Notes: a model not told the origin generated them from the letters alone. DNA of 64,000 bases from an uncultured Bdellovibrionales bacterium (GCA_964597355.1 CAZQWS010000004.1:8645-72644), one strand, 5' to 3'. Positions 1 to 10,053 are shown, counted from the first letter of the stretch. Made by a program: numbers and translations.

Positions 1-79
1 GCTTGGTTTATCGAGTCTCAATTTTTATTTTCCGATTACATTTGGGAGTAAGGTAATCTACCGGAGGTACCTGGGTCTT

Positions 80-499
80 ATGGGGTACTTTGTAGCGCTC
101 ATCGATCTTTCCCTCCTGCTCATGCTTGAACATGAGTATTATGTATTTGGCCTTGCAGAGAATCTTTTCACAGCGGATCTCATTTTAGGAGGAACGGCTA
201 TGACTATTTTTACGCTCATGGCAATAATTTCCAATCAGGAGGCGATACACGTCCTGGGGCCTAGGCTTTGGCGCAACACATTGCGGTTAGGTTATTTGGC
301 CCTGTTGCTCTTGGTAATACGAGCTTTTATTATTGAAGGCATGATCTGGAATAATTGGATTATGAATCCGGCAGGATTGCCTCCAGTGCGTCTTTTAATC
401 TCCCTCTTTGCTCTTATGGTACTCTTCGCTCGAATGTCTCTTGTTTTCCATGGCTGGTGGTACAGGCGAACAGGAGATGTCCAATCCATCCAACCTTGA
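80..499 (+). CDS. hypothetical polytopic membrane protein
   Basis: 139-aa ORF with several hydrophobic helices (LLLMLEHEYYVFGL, LALLLLVIRAFII, LLISLFALMVLFA); no recognisable catalytic motif. Confidence 0.4.
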   Translation: MGYFVALIDLSLLLMLEHEYYVFGLAENLFTADLILGGTAMTIFTLMAIISNQEAIHVLGPRLWRNTLRLGYLALLLLVIRAFIIEGMIWNNWIMNPAGLPPVRLLISLFALMVLFARMSLVFHGWWYRRTGDVQSIQP

Positions 500-617
500 C
501 AAGATATTTCTTTCCTTGTAAGAAACAGTATACTAAAAGTAACAACTGACTGTTCTTTGACACGACAACCGTACGAGGTCGATTGGTTGTTGTTTTTATT
601 TTTTATCAATATTACAT

Positions 618-998
618 ATGAAAATGATCCTCATGGTGCTTGGGATGGTGTTTGTGGCCATGGGTCTTCTAGGTTTTGTGAATGACCCAGTGCTAGGTCT
701 CTTTGAGGTTGATATGCTCCATAATGTTATTCATCTTGTGGCAGGACTCTTGGCTCTGACTGCAGTTGGAATGGGTGAGAGTATGATGCGGCTTTATGCA
801 CGAGTGTTTGGCCTTGTGTATGGCCTCGTAGCAGTACTCGGCTTCCTCATGGGAGGAGATATGATCCTTGGTCTTTTCGAAGCCAATATGGCTGACCATG
901 TGTTACACGCTGGCCTTGCAGTGGCACTCCTTTATGTTGGCTTTGGCATGAAAAGCGAAAGTGGGATGCCAGTGATGCCTCCACAGGGTGCTATGTAA
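618..998 (+). CDS. small membrane protein, DUF4383-like
   Basis: 126-aa ORF with 4 predicted TM helices and repeated His/Gly-rich helices (HNVIHLVAGLLAL, DHVLHAGLAVALL) typical of DUF4383-type proteins. Confidence 0.45.
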   Translation: MKMILMVLGMVFVAMGLLGFVNDPVLGLFEVDMLHNVIHLVAGLLALTAVGMGESMMRLYARVFGLVYGLVAVLGFLMGGDMILGLFEANMADHVLHAGLAVALLYVGFGMKSESGMPVMPPQGAM

Positions 999-1099
999 TA
1001 AGCTGTTTCATAAGACAGGAAAGTAGCTCGTAGGGGCTATTTTCTTTTCCCCACTGTAACCTTCCAGCTACGCCGGGGTGTACTTTTGAAGGCGACGCC

Positions 1100-1690
1100 G
1101 TATACTACAGTCGTCCTACCGGACGACTGTAGTAAGGCATCGTACGCTTATGTCTACCCACAAGTGTACGATTCGCACTCTGTCACATTACTTTTACAAC
1201 CCAAAGTACCACATCGTGTGGACACCGAAGTACCGAGGCAAAGTACTTGCTTCAGATAGAGTGAAGTAAGAACTGAAAAAGAACCATTGAAGCCATCTGC
1301 AAATGGAAATACTGGGAAGTGATTGAGCTGAATATTCAAGCTGACCATGTATACTTCTGTATCCTCGCTACCCCACGTGATTCAGTTTCCTACATTATGC
1401 AAATGATCAAAGGGAAATCCTCAGCTTGGCTCAAGAAGAAGATTAAGCGAGTAAACGGGCTCTACGAACGCCACTCGCTCTGGGCCAGAGGCTATTTTGT
1501 CTCAATCATTGGGATTGATGAGTTCATCATCAGGCACTACGTCAAGCATCATCATCACAACGAAGTGGACTAACCCTCCCTCTTCGAAAAAGTCTTCTAA
1601 TCCAAAAGTCTGCTCCGGTCGCCCTGCTGGCATGGCCGGCAAAAGAAAGTCACCAGACTGAGGTCTGGTGGTTGGTTACTTTGCGTTGTT
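1100..1690 (+). mobile_element. degenerate IS200/IS605-family element (tnpA relic with flanking hairpins)
   Basis: Y1 (HuH) transposase-like reading frames flanked by perfect palindromes. Left: tactacagtcgtcc-tacc-ggacgactgtagta at about 1105-1136. Right: caccagac-tgag-gtctggtg at about 1650-1669. These are typical subterminal hairpins of IS200/IS605 ends. Confidence 0.6.
1150..1573 (+). pseudogene. tnpA: IS200-like tnpA pseudogene (nonsense plus frameshift, HuH mutated)
   Basis: Frame 1 from ATG 1150 reads MSTHKCTIRTLSHYFYNPKYHIVWTPKYRGKVLASDRVK, then TAA at 1267-1269. After a -1 shift in the A5 run at 1275-1279 the frame continues TIEAICKWKYWEVIELNIQADHVYFC...KGKSSAWL...LWARGYFVSIIG, matching IS200 TnpA throughout. 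The HuH motif reads HVY instead of HVH. Confidence 0.7.
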
Positions 1691-1951
1691 TCCATCGGTA
1701 CTTCCCAGCTAATAAGCAGTTTGGTTCTTTGGTCGTGAGGATAACCTGTTCTGTGCCAGTCATTCCGATAGCATTGCGTTTCCCGAGTCTCGATCCAAAT
1801 TTGAAAGAGGAAAAGTAGCCCCGATCTTGGGCGGAGAAAAGATGGTAAGGCATAGGGAGGAGAAGTAAGGAGCAAGGACATTGTGGGATAAGAGGGAAAA
1901 ACAAAATGTGACGCCACTAGGGCGCCACACTCTGTAAAGAACTGAAGAAGA

Positions 1952-2200
1952 CTATTTGATGTGAGCACTGACAAGCTTAGTCATTTCGAACATACTTACC
2001 TGTTTGTTACCGCCAAAAATAGCAGCTAGTTTCTCATCAGGATTAATCATGGTCTTCTTGTTTGCATCCTGGAGACCGTTGGCTTTGATATACACCCAAA
2101 GTTGCTTCGTTACCTCAGTGCGAGGCATAGGACCCTTGCCTACCACTGCTTCGAGTTCAGCGCTCAAATCGTGAGGCTTCATAAATGCCGGATTGGCCAT
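1952..2200 (-). CDS. SWIB/MDM2 domain protein
   Basis: 82 aa: PHDLSAELEAVVGKGPMPRTEVTKQLWVYIKANGLQDANKKTMINPDEKLAAIFGGNKQVSMFEMTKLVSAHIK matches the bacterial SWIB-domain consensus (PRTEV..KLWEYIK..NLQDP.NKR.I..D.KL..VFG...VSMFEM.KLV). Confidence 0.75.
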   Translation of the reverse strand: MANPAFMKPHDLSAELEAVVGKGPMPRTEVTKQLWVYIKANGLQDANKKTMINPDEKLAAIFGGNKQVSMFEMTKLVSAHIK

Positions 2201-2280
2201 AGTACTTCTAGTTACTTAATTAGTACTCCTCTAGGGTACAGTACTTCAGAAAAAGCGCAAGAGGGTAATTTGGGCTTTAG

Positions 2281-2368
2281 CGGAAAGGGAGGGATTCGAA
2301 CCCTCGAGAGCGATTAAGCCCTGCCACGTTAGCAGTGTGGTGCCTTCAGCCAGCTCGGCCACCTTTCC
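2281..2368 (-). tRNA. tRNA-Ser (anticodon GCU)
   Basis: The reverse complement folds as a class II tRNA: acceptor GGAAAGG/CCTTTCC, D-arm GCC-GAGCTGGCTGAA-GGC, anticodon stem CCACA/CGTGG with loop CUGCUAA (anticodon GCU), long variable arm, T-arm GAGGG-TTCGAAT-CCCTC, discriminator G. 88 nt. Confidence 0.85.
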
Positions 2369-2419
2369 GTAGGTTCACTACGCTAGCCACTGTAGCAGTG
2401 ATTTTTCTTTCTATCAAGA

Positions 2420-3157
2420 TTAACGGGCTATGACCACTCCCCAAACCTTTTTGACCCCTGCTATTTTGAGAGCACGGGCACATTCATCGAGAGTGGTGCC
2501 GGTCGTGGCAACGTCATCAATAAGCCATACATATTTTCCTACGAGCGGGCCAGCGGTAATCTTTTCTGTAGTGAAGGCATTGCTCAAGTTATGCAGCCGC
2601 TCTTCCCGTGAGTCAGCTTTCATTTGAGGTTTGGTAAAACGTGTCCGAATGAGGCTTTTGGTATCAAGTGGAATCCCAAGTCCAGGCATCAGCCGCTTCG
2701 AAAGCTCCTCCGCGAGGAGTTCAGCTTGATTGAAACCACGGAAGCGAAGTCGCCTAGAATGGAGGGGTACAGGGATAAGGATATCTGGGAGGGGCAGTGA
2801 GTGATGAGCGAGACTTGTTTCAAGGAGGGTAACGAGAGGGAGAGCGGCACGTTCAAGAAAGCGATACTTGAGAGTGTAAATAAGTGTTTCCACCAAACGA
2901 AAGCGATACAGACGAGCCACGAAGAGTCCGTCAAGAGCTACTTGATTGCGGCATTTCTGACAGGTAGCCCCGTTTTGACTAAAAGGAACTTTGCAGAGTG
3001 GACAAACCTGTGAATCAGGTTCAGGGACGAGCGCGAGACATTTGGCGCAGGTGAGTTCACCCTCTTGGCCACAGCCGAGACAGGTAATGGGGAAAACAAG
3101 GTCGAGGAGTTTTGAACCACCCTTGGAAACAAGCTTAGTGAAGGACGATAGATCCAT
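2420..3157 (-). CDS. comFC: competence protein ComFC (double zinc ribbon plus phosphoribosyltransferase domain)
   Basis: N-terminal CLGCG...CAKC...CPLCK...CQKC cysteine clusters. C-terminal PRTase signature VWLIDDVATTGTTLDECARAL. Overlaps the clpC stop, which suggests an operon. Confidence 0.75.
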   Translation of the reverse strand: MDLSSFTKLVSKGGSKLLDLVFPITCLGCGQEGELTCAKCLALVPEPDSQVCPLCKVPFSQNGATCQKCRNQVALDGLFVARLYRFRLVETLIYTLKYRFLERAALPLVTLLETSLAHHSLPLPDILIPVPLHSRRLRFRGFNQAELLAEELSKRLMPGLGIPLDTKSLIRTRFTKPQMKADSREERLHNLSNAFTTEKITAGPLVGKYVWLIDDVATTGTTLDECARALKIAGVKKVWGVVIAR

Positions 3158-5633
3158 GGCGAGTAATCAGGGAGAGTTGTTTTGGTTGAGGGGTACGAAT
3201 GAGTTGTTCAGCAATCAGACTTTCAATTTGTTCAACAATGAATTTTTTGATCAGTCGAGCCCCATGCCCTTTTTCTTGACTGTTTTTCACGATGGTTGTA
3301 GGTACTTCTGTTTGAATACGTAATTCGATACCGTTTTCTTGGAGTCGTTTGACAAGAGCCTTAAGTTCGAGGAGGGCAATCGTTTCGAGGTCTTTTTCAG
3401 AAAGGGGATTAAACACGAGGACCTGATCCAGGCGAGCCAGGAGTTCAGGACGGAGGGTTTCCTTGAGCTCGTTCAAAACAGTGGCCTTGGTGGTTTCGAA
3501 TTGTACGGAGAGCGTTTTTGAAGAGATTTGTTCATCAAAACCGATACGGGCGTTGGACGTAAAACTTGCGGTACCAATATTGGAAGTGAGCAGCACAAGA
3601 GTATTCTTGAATGATACGCGACGGCCTTCCGCATCAGTCAAGTGGCCTTCATCGAGTATCTGAAGAAGTAGGTTGGAAACATCTGGGTGAGCTTTCTCAA
3701 TTTCATCGAAAAGTACGATGGAGTAGGGTCGTCGCCGAACTGCTTCGGTGAGTTTTCCTCCCTCGCCGTAACCAACATATCCAGCGGGGGCGCCAAGAAT
3801 CTGCGCAATGGAGTGTCGCTCCATAAATTCGCTCATGTCGAGCCGAATGAGGGCTTGTTCATCGCCAAAGAAGCTTTCGGCCAAAACTTTGGCTACGTGA
3901 GTTTTACCGACACCGGTAGGACCGAGAAGCAGCAGTGAGCCAATCGGACGTTTTGGATCACTGACTGGCGAGAGAGAGCGCGTAAGGAGTTTGATAATAG
4001 CTTTACTGACCGCTTCTTGGCCGATTACGCGTTCTTTGAAAGTTTGTTTGAGTAGGGCAAGGCGTTTGAGTGGAGTCTCATAAGTCAGTCGATCGAGAGG
4101 AATATGCGTCATCTGAGAGAGAACAATCAGCACGTCGCGTGGAGTGACAGGCTGAATACCAAGCGTGGTATTAGTGACATCGAGCGTGGACTGAGTCTTT
4201 GTCCGCAAGTCTTTTTCGAGATTCTTAAAACGTTTTTGGAGGAGTGCTGCCTGGTCATATTCCTCTTTTTCAATGAGGAGAGACTTTTCTTGGTAGAGAT
4301 CTTTGAGTTTTGTTTCTAGGATTTGTAGCGAGGGAAGAATATGGAGATGATCCTTCTCCGAGCGGCGGCGCACGAGAGCCCCCGCCTCATCGATGAGGTC
4401 AAGTGCTTTATCGGGTAAAAAACGATCAGGAATATACCGAACAGAAAGTCGAACAGCTTCCTCAATTGTGGTTTGAGGCAGAATTATTTGGTGATGGGCT
4501 TCATAGGTATCCTTGATCCGGAGGAGGATTTCAATGGTTTCCGGGGCAGTCGGTTCACGCAGAAATACTGTCTGGAAACGGCGTTCAAGCGCGGCATCTT
4601 TTTCAAGATGACGTTTGTATTCACCTGGAGTAGTGGCACCAATACACTGGATTTCTCCTCGCGCTAGGGCTGGTTTCAAAATGTTGGCAGCATCGAGACC
4701 GCCCTGCGTATTACCCGTACCGACCAAGGCATGGATTTCATCGATAAAAAGGATGATACGAGTATCACTGCGTGCTTCTTTGAGAAGTTCTTTGACACGG
4801 GTCTCAAATTCACCACGGAAACTTGTCCCGGCGACCAGAAGAGCGAGGTCGAGGCTCAAAATACGCTTACCCCGCAGGAGCGGTCCAGCGCTTCCCTCGG
4901 CCATTTTGTGAGCGAGTGCCGTTACGAGCGCAGTCTTACCTACGCCTGGATCGCCAAGAAGGATGGCATTGCGTTTTTCTTTACGTCCAAGAATTTGCAT
5001 TAGCCGTTCGAGCTCAGCTTCCCGTCCGACGATAGGGGTGGGGTGAGAGAGGGCTTCTTCAGCGAGGTCAACTGTATACTGGTCAAGAAACGGGGTAGAT
5101 CCTTCACTCTTGCCTTCACCCAAATTGAAGTCGGGTGTATCAAACATACGGGCCATTTGGGGAAATTGTTCGAAGTGGAGGTGAGACTCAATAATGGTGT
5201 CGATCTTTCCATTATCAATTTTGAGAGTCCCTATCAATGTATCGATAAAGGCATCGGGCGATTCGAGGAGCGCGCTCATCAGGTGTTCCGTCCCTACATA
5301 AGGATAGCCATGTTCACTGGCGAGAAAAAAAGCGCGCTTCATGATGTTTTGTACTTCCACAGAAAGAGGAATGTCGAGGACTTTTTTGGTCTTTGCGCCT
5401 TTTCCTTTGACGGTGCCGAGCTTTCTGAGACAGTGTTTCCCCACAGCTTCTTTTTTGAAGCCGATATTCTCGAGAAGGATACTGCCGAGGCTGCCCTCTT
5501 CGAGAGCAAGGGCGAGGATGAGGTGACGTGCCTCAATAGTGTCGCTTTTGGTATACCGAGCAATATCTCGCGCCTCTTTGAGGGCATGGCGAGCGTGTAG
5601 GGACAGACGTTCACTAAGAGATGATGGAAGCAT
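3135..5633 (-). CDS. clpC: AAA+ chaperone ATPase, ClpC-like
   Basis: 832 aa. Two Clp_N repeats (ARHLILALALEEGSLG; GTEHLMSALLESPDA). NBD1 Walker A GDPGVGKTA. A short UVR-like linker (EKEEYDQAALLQKRFKNLEKDL) rather than a long ClpB M-domain. NBD2 Walker A GPTGVGKTH and Walker B LVLFDEIEKAH. Confidence 0.85.
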   Translation of the reverse strand: MLPSSLSERLSLHARHALKEARDIARYTKSDTIEARHLILALALEEGSLGSILLENIGFKKEAVGKHCLRKLGTVKGKGAKTKKVLDIPLSVEVQNIMKRAFFLASEHGYPYVGTEHLMSALLESPDAFIDTLIGTLKIDNGKIDTIIESHLHFEQFPQMARMFDTPDFNLGEGKSEGSTPFLDQYTVDLAEEALSHPTPIVGREAELERLMQILGRKEKRNAILLGDPGVGKTALVTALAHKMAEGSAGPLLRGKRILSLDLALLVAGTSFRGEFETRVKELLKEARSDTRIILFIDEIHALVGTGNTQGGLDAANILKPALARGEIQCIGATTPGEYKRHLEKDAALERRFQTVFLREPTAPETIEILLRIKDTYEAHHQIILPQTTIEEAVRLSVRYIPDRFLPDKALDLIDEAGALVRRRSEKDHLHILPSLQILETKLKDLYQEKSLLIEKEEYDQAALLQKRFKNLEKDLRTKTQSTLDVTNTTLGIQPVTPRDVLIVLSQMTHIPLDRLTYETPLKRLALLKQTFKERVIGQEAVSKAIIKLLTRSLSPVSDPKRPIGSLLLLGPTGVGKTHVAKVLAESFFGDEQALIRLDMSEFMERHSIAQILGAPAGYVGYGEGGKLTEAVRRRPYSIVLFDEIEKAHPDVSNLLLQILDEGHLTDAEGRRVSFKNTLVLLTSNIGTASFTSNARIGFDEQISSKTLSVQFETTKATVLNELKETLRPELLARLDQVLVFNPLSEKDLETIALLELKALVKRLQENGIELRIQTEVPTTIVKNSQEKGHGARLIKKFIVEQIESLIAEQLIRTPQPKQLSLITRHGSIVLH

Positions 5634-5736
5634 AGATGTTCTAGTATAGGTTTTTGGGAGTGGGATGTCAATCTGATTAGCAGCCTCAGTGTAGTATGAT
5701 TTTTTCTTCGTAACAACATTTTTCTATTGATTTTTC

Positions 5737-5766
5737 TTGGACAAGATATGTTATGATATATATAAA
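5737..5766 (+). promoter_or_regulatory. sigma70-like promoter upstream of pilM
   Basis: TTGGAC (5737-5742), 17-nt spacer, ATATAA/TATAAA (5760-5766), 10-15 nt before the pilM ATG; sequence inspection only. Confidence 0.4.
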
Positions 5767-5776
5767 ATACTGAAAC

Positions 5777-6919
5777 ATGTTTGGTAATACACAAAAAACC
5801 TATCTAGGTGTCGATTTTGGTACATCTTCAATCAAGATTGTCGAGCTTGGAGCAAAGAACAAAGAACCAATCCTTCTTAATTACGGAGAAATCAACCTAT
5901 CTGTATTGGAAGCGGTGCGAAGTAGCGACCAGGGTAACTACGATGCCCAGATTACTATTTTTTTGCGCGCCCTTCTTGATCGAATGCAGTCAAAAACCAA
6001 GGAAGTATATGTGGCGATGCCGGCTTTTATTGGCCTCATTGCTTTGGTTGAATTTCCACAAATGAGCGAGGGTGAGCTTAAAGATGCAATTCAATTTGAA
6101 GCCCACAAGTATATCCCATCACCGCTTGAGGAAGTAGCTCTTTCTTGGGAGGTGGTAGGGGAGCATGAGGAAGTAGCTCAGGACAACTCCGAGAAGAAAC
6201 TTAAAAAGCTTGAAGTGCTGCTTGTCGCTGCGCTCAACAAAGAAGTAGAGCGGTATGAAAGTTATGTTCAGGCAGTAGGGTATGATATGCAACTTCTCGA
6301 ACTGGAAACTTTTTCCATGGTACGTTCGACGGTCCAGGATGGTAATGAAGCGTATCTTGTGATTGATATCGGTTCGCGTGCGACCAACTTCGTCTTGGTT
6401 GAAAACCGCCTGGCGAAAATGAGCCGCAATCTTGATGTGGGAGGTCAGGATATTACTCGGACCCTGATGGAGAGCTTGAGTATCAGCTATGATCGGGCAG
6501 AATCGCTCAAAAAAAGTGATAAAGATTTTCTTAATAGTCGTGAATCTCGTATGACTTTCCTTTCGCTTGAGATGATTGCTGGAGAAATTGGACGTATGCT
6601 TCAAGCGCGTCAAGCCAAAAATCCTGACGCGAAAAAAATTCATGCTATAATTCTTTCAGGTGGTACTGCTGGAATGAAAGGCATCACCGAATATTTCTCA
6701 GGCCTATTACATATTCCTGTAGAAGTGGCCAATCCGTGGAGGGGTATTCGTTTCGACCAATCGCTTCAGCCGGCTATCGCTCGAATGGGTACTTCGTATT
6801 CGGTAGCGCTTGGCCTTGCATTACGGGGAGTAGAACGTAATGGGAGCCGAGAAATGAATCCAGCTTTGAGTGAAATATTGGAAAAGCTCAAAGAGAAATT
6901 ATCTATGAAAATAGGGTAA
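5777..6919 (+). CDS. pilM: type IV pilus assembly protein PilM (actin-like ATPase fold)
   Basis: 380 aa. N-terminal LGVDFGTSSIKIVEL and a later LVIDIGSRATNFVLV, the FtsA/PilM actin-fold motifs. First gene of a pilM-N-O-B-T-C run. Confidence 0.85.
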   Translation: MFGNTQKTYLGVDFGTSSIKIVELGAKNKEPILLNYGEINLSVLEAVRSSDQGNYDAQITIFLRALLDRMQSKTKEVYVAMPAFIGLIALVEFPQMSEGELKDAIQFEAHKYIPSPLEEVALSWEVVGEHEEVAQDNSEKKLKKLEVLLVAALNKEVERYESYVQAVGYDMQLLELETFSMVRSTVQDGNEAYLVIDIGSRATNFVLVENRLAKMSRNLDVGGQDITRTLMESLSISYDRAESLKKSDKDFLNSRESRMTFLSLEMIAGEIGRMLQARQAKNPDAKKIHAIILSGGTAGMKGITEYFSGLLHIPVEVANPWRGIRFDQSLQPAIARMGTSYSVALGLALRGVERNGSREMNPALSEILEKLKEKLSMKIG

Positions 6920-6964
6920 GCATACAAAGTGTCAATAAAAAACAAAAAAAGTTAGGATAGTTAT

Positions 6965-7522
6965 ATGGCTGGTATCAATCTTTCACAATCACTTCAAGAA
7001 AAGCAGGCTCAGGCTCGTGGGCGTTTCTTTGGGCTAAGCTTTTTCCTTATTATCGGTGGTTTTGTATTTCTCTTGGGAGTTTTTGGAGGAACTCGTTGGT
7101 ATATCGTTTCTTTGGAAAAGAAAATGCAGGCTCTAGAACAGTCAATAGCCGAGAAGACTGCATCACTTCGCGGCAAGGAGGTCAATCGAATAGCAGATTT
7201 TGTCCGTCGGATAGGGATTATCAAGGAACACTTACGTACTGAACCAGATCCAGTGGCTACTTTTCGACAACTTGAAATGTATACGCTTCCTACGGTTCGG
7301 CTGACTATCTATAAGTATGATCGAACGGCCCAAGTAATTACATTGGGAGGAGAGGCAAATACACTGAGAGAAGTGGCTCAGCAAATGTTGGCTTTTAAAA
7401 ATATTGAGGGAACCGAGAGAGTAACTGTGGAACGGATTGAGTATAATGAAGCTGGAAAAGTAGCCTTTTCTTTTGTGTTGACTCAGAGCCAAGCTTTGGC
7501 TGGAGGTGTATCACTTCCTTAA
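6965..7522 (+). CDS. pilN: type IV pilus assembly protein PilN
   Basis: 185 aa with a single N-terminal TM helix (FFGLSFFLIIGGFVFLLGVF) followed by a coiled-coil/periplasmic domain. Position between pilM and pilO. Confidence 0.75.
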   Translation: MAGINLSQSLQEKQAQARGRFFGLSFFLIIGGFVFLLGVFGGTRWYIVSLEKKMQALEQSIAEKTASLRGKEVNRIADFVRRIGIIKEHLRTEPDPVATFRQLEMYTLPTVRLTIYKYDRTAQVITLGGEANTLREVAQQMLAFKNIEGTERVTVERIEYNEAGKVAFSFVLTQSQALAGGVSLP

Positions 7523-7534
7523 TCCTATACGTGT

Positions 7535-8338
7535 ATGAACCTCAAAATTCTTCTCTTTCCTACGTTTGTCATCTTGTCGGTCATTCTGATTATTGGATAT
7601 ATTCAGCCAGATGTAAAAAATATTCTTGCCAAGCGGGAAGAGGAGGTGGCCAAACAAGAGATGCTCCGTAACGCGGAGACTATCGAGAGTAATATCCGTT
7701 CACTTTCACAAGCGCTCACTCAAAAGAAGGAAATAGAGACGTTCGTAAAACGCTACTTCCCGGAGTCGATTGACGAGGAACGCTCGTTGGATGTGATAAA
7801 TTTTCTTGCCCAGCAAACAGGGGTAGTGGTAACGGGTGTTAGTATGAAAGAAAATCCCCGTGTCAAAAAAGAAGTCTTTCTGGTGGATGCTATTGGGGCT
7901 GGAGCTGATCCTACTGCGCTTGCATCGGGCACCGAGGCTTCGGTAGAGAACAGTGCTCCAGAGCCACCACAAAGCTATCGAGTCCAGGTCATGGTAATGG
8001 GTACGTATCAGAATCTACGAAGCTTTTTTGATCGACTGTATCACACCGATCGTATGCGAGCAATTGATGATTTGATACTCTCTCGCCCTTCCGATGCTGA
8101 ACGATTTAGGGAAGAACGAGAGATTATCCCGGCAGATTTTCTTGAGGGGAGCGTAACGTTTGATTTTCTTTACGTGCCTGCTGAGAGTGCGGGTAACGCA
8201 TTGGCACAGCCGCTTTTTCAGGAAAGCTCACTTGACTTTGGTCCAGCTAATCAACTGGTAGATTTTGTAAATAGTCCCGTGGGAGATATAATGCCAGCCG
8301 GTCCAGGGCGGAGCAATCCCTTTGAGGCTATTCCTTAA
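7535..8338 (+). CDS. pilO: type IV pilus assembly protein PilO-like
   Basis: 267 aa with an N-terminal TM helix (ILLFPTFVILSVILIIGYI), then coiled coil. Synteny with pilMN and pilB. Confidence 0.6.
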   Translation: MNLKILLFPTFVILSVILIIGYIQPDVKNILAKREEEVAKQEMLRNAETIESNIRSLSQALTQKKEIETFVKRYFPESIDEERSLDVINFLAQQTGVVVTGVSMKENPRVKKEVFLVDAIGAGADPTALASGTEASVENSAPEPPQSYRVQVMVMGTYQNLRSFFDRLYHTDRMRAIDDLILSRPSDAERFREEREIIPADFLEGSVTFDFLYVPAESAGNALAQPLFQESSLDFGPANQLVDFVNSPVGDIMPAGPGRSNPFEAIP

Positions 8339-8358
8339 GTCCTTCGCTTGTCTTTCCC

Positions 8359-10053
8359 ATGAATACTGGAGAGCTCACCACTCAAACATTAGCGACTGCA
8401 GCAAAGAGCCCGGTGTCATCTACAGTGCCTATGCCCGATACTGACATCAAGCAGGTTGCCGCTAGTCTTGGAGTGCCTTTACTGGAAGAAATGCCGTCTT
8501 CGATTGACAAGACGGTGCTGTTGCTTATTCCCGAAGAGACAGCACTCAAGTATAAAATGGTCGCTTTTGAGAAGAAAGAAGGAATCCTCTCAGTAGCCAT
8601 GATTAATCCGCAAGATTTTGAAGCGCTCAATGTATTGCGTTTTATTGCTGAGAAGGAACGATTGGGTATTGAAGTATTTCTTGTTCCGGATGTTTTTTTT
8701 GGTCAGATGATGAAGCGATATGCCGGGACTGATCGGGCGCTTCAGGACGCGATTCTTTCGCTCAAAAAAGAAGAGGCTATCGATGTAGAGAAAACTGCCA
8801 AGGCCAATACTATTGTAGGTGAGGTATTTCAGGATGCTCCGATTGCCAAGCTTGTTGATGTAATTGTGAAACATGCCATGGATGGTCGTGCCAGTGATAT
8901 CCACATCGAGCCTATCGAGGGAAGTTACCGAGTGCGTTTTCGGGTGGATGGCATCCTCCGATCTACGCTTATGTTTCCTATGGACGTAGGCAAAGCCGTA
9001 CTTTCACGCATCAAGATTCTCTCCAATCTTAAAATCGACGAGAAACGTAAGCCACAGGACGGCCGTTTCCGAGTCGAGACAGATCAAAAAACAGTTGACT
9101 TGCGCGTGTCCACTCTTCCGGTTATTGACGGGGAAAAAGTGGTTATGCGTATTCTCGACAAATCGAATAACATGGCTGACCTCGACAAATTAGGACTGTG
9201 GGGAAGAAACCGGGAAGTATTGCTCAGGAAAATCCGTGAACCGTATGGCATCATCTTGATTACTGGTCCGACTGGATCAGGGAAATCGACAACTCTCTAT
9301 GCCTTTCTTTCTATTTTGAACCAAGAAGAGCGCAACATCATCACGCTCGAGGATCCGGTGGAATACTTTATGGATGGGATCAACCAGAGTCAAATTCGAC
9401 CCGAGATTGGTTACTCCTTCGCCTCGGGACTGCGTTCTATCTTGCGCCAAGATCCTAATGTGATTATGGTTGGGGAAATTCGTGATGAGGAAACAGGGGA
9501 GCTCGCTATCCACGCCGCCCTGACTGGTCATTTGGTGCTTTCAACTCTCCACACCAACGATGCCCTCAAAGCTTTGCCTCGACTGCTCGACATGGGAGCG
9601 GAACCGTTTCTCTTGGCGGCTTCGGTGCAAGCACTGGCTGCTCAGCGTCTCGTCCGGCGTATTTGTGAGCACTGTAAAGAACCAGCGAAACTTTCACCAG
9701 CCATGTTGAAACGTCTCGAAGAAGCACGGACTGTGATTGAACTGAGTGAAATGAAGGCTTACGAACTGGATCCGATGAACCAGATTACGGCCTATCAAGG
9801 CAAGGGATGCAAGCAATGTAATAATTCAGGATACAAGGGGCGAATTGCTATTTATGAAGTCTTTGAAATTACCGACGAAGCGAAAGTTATCGTGACCGAC
9901 AAAGCCGGAAGTGAACCAGAATTGAAACAGGAAGCCGTTCACCAAAAAATGCTTTCAATGAAACAGGATGGATTTCTCAAAGTATTGAAAGGAATCACGA
10001 CTATTGCCGAAGTAGAACGGGTGACCGAAGGAACGTTGGTAGACGAAGAATAG
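8359..10053 (+). CDS. pilB: type IV pilus extension ATPase PilB (GspE family)
   Basis: 564 aa. N-terminal GSPII_E_N-like region, Walker A GPTGSGKSTT, Asp/His boxes, tetracysteine CEHCK...CKQCNNSGYKGR. Confidence 0.9.
   Translation: MNTGELTTQTLATAAKSPVSSTVPMPDTDIKQVAASLGVPLLEEMPSSIDKTVLLLIPEETALKYKMVAFEKKEGILSVAMINPQDFEALNVLRFIAEKERLGIEVFLVPDVFFGQMMKRYAGTDRALQDAILSLKKEEAIDVEKTAKANTIVGEVFQDAPIAKLVDVIVKHAMDGRASDIHIEPIEGSYRVRFRVDGILRSTLMFPMDVGKAVLSRIKILSNLKIDEKRKPQDGRFRVETDQKTVDLRVSTLPVIDGEKVVMRILDKSNNMADLDKLGLWGRNREVLLRKIREPYGIILITGPTGSGKSTTLYAFLSILNQEERNIITLEDPVEYFMDGINQSQIRPEIGYSFASGLRSILRQDPNVIMVGEIRDEETGELAIHAALTGHLVLSTLHTNDALKALPRLLDMGAEPFLLAASVQALAAQRLVRRICEHCKEPAKLSPAMLKRLEEARTVIELSEMKAYELDPMNQITAYQGKGCKQCNNSGYKGRIAIYEVFEITDEAKVIVTDKAGSEPELKQEAVHQKMLSMKQDGFLKVLKGITTIAEVERVTEGTLVDEE

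Noticed and set aside
1597-1974. 125-aa and 84-aa minus-strand ORFs between the IS relic and the SWIB gene
   Set aside because: They overlap the IS200 right-end hairpin and non-coding-looking sequence, with no RBS or motif.
3135-5633. Could be ClpB rather than ClpC
   Set aside because: Length of 832 aa, and a short UVR-like linker instead of the roughly 120-aa ClpB M-domain coiled coil.
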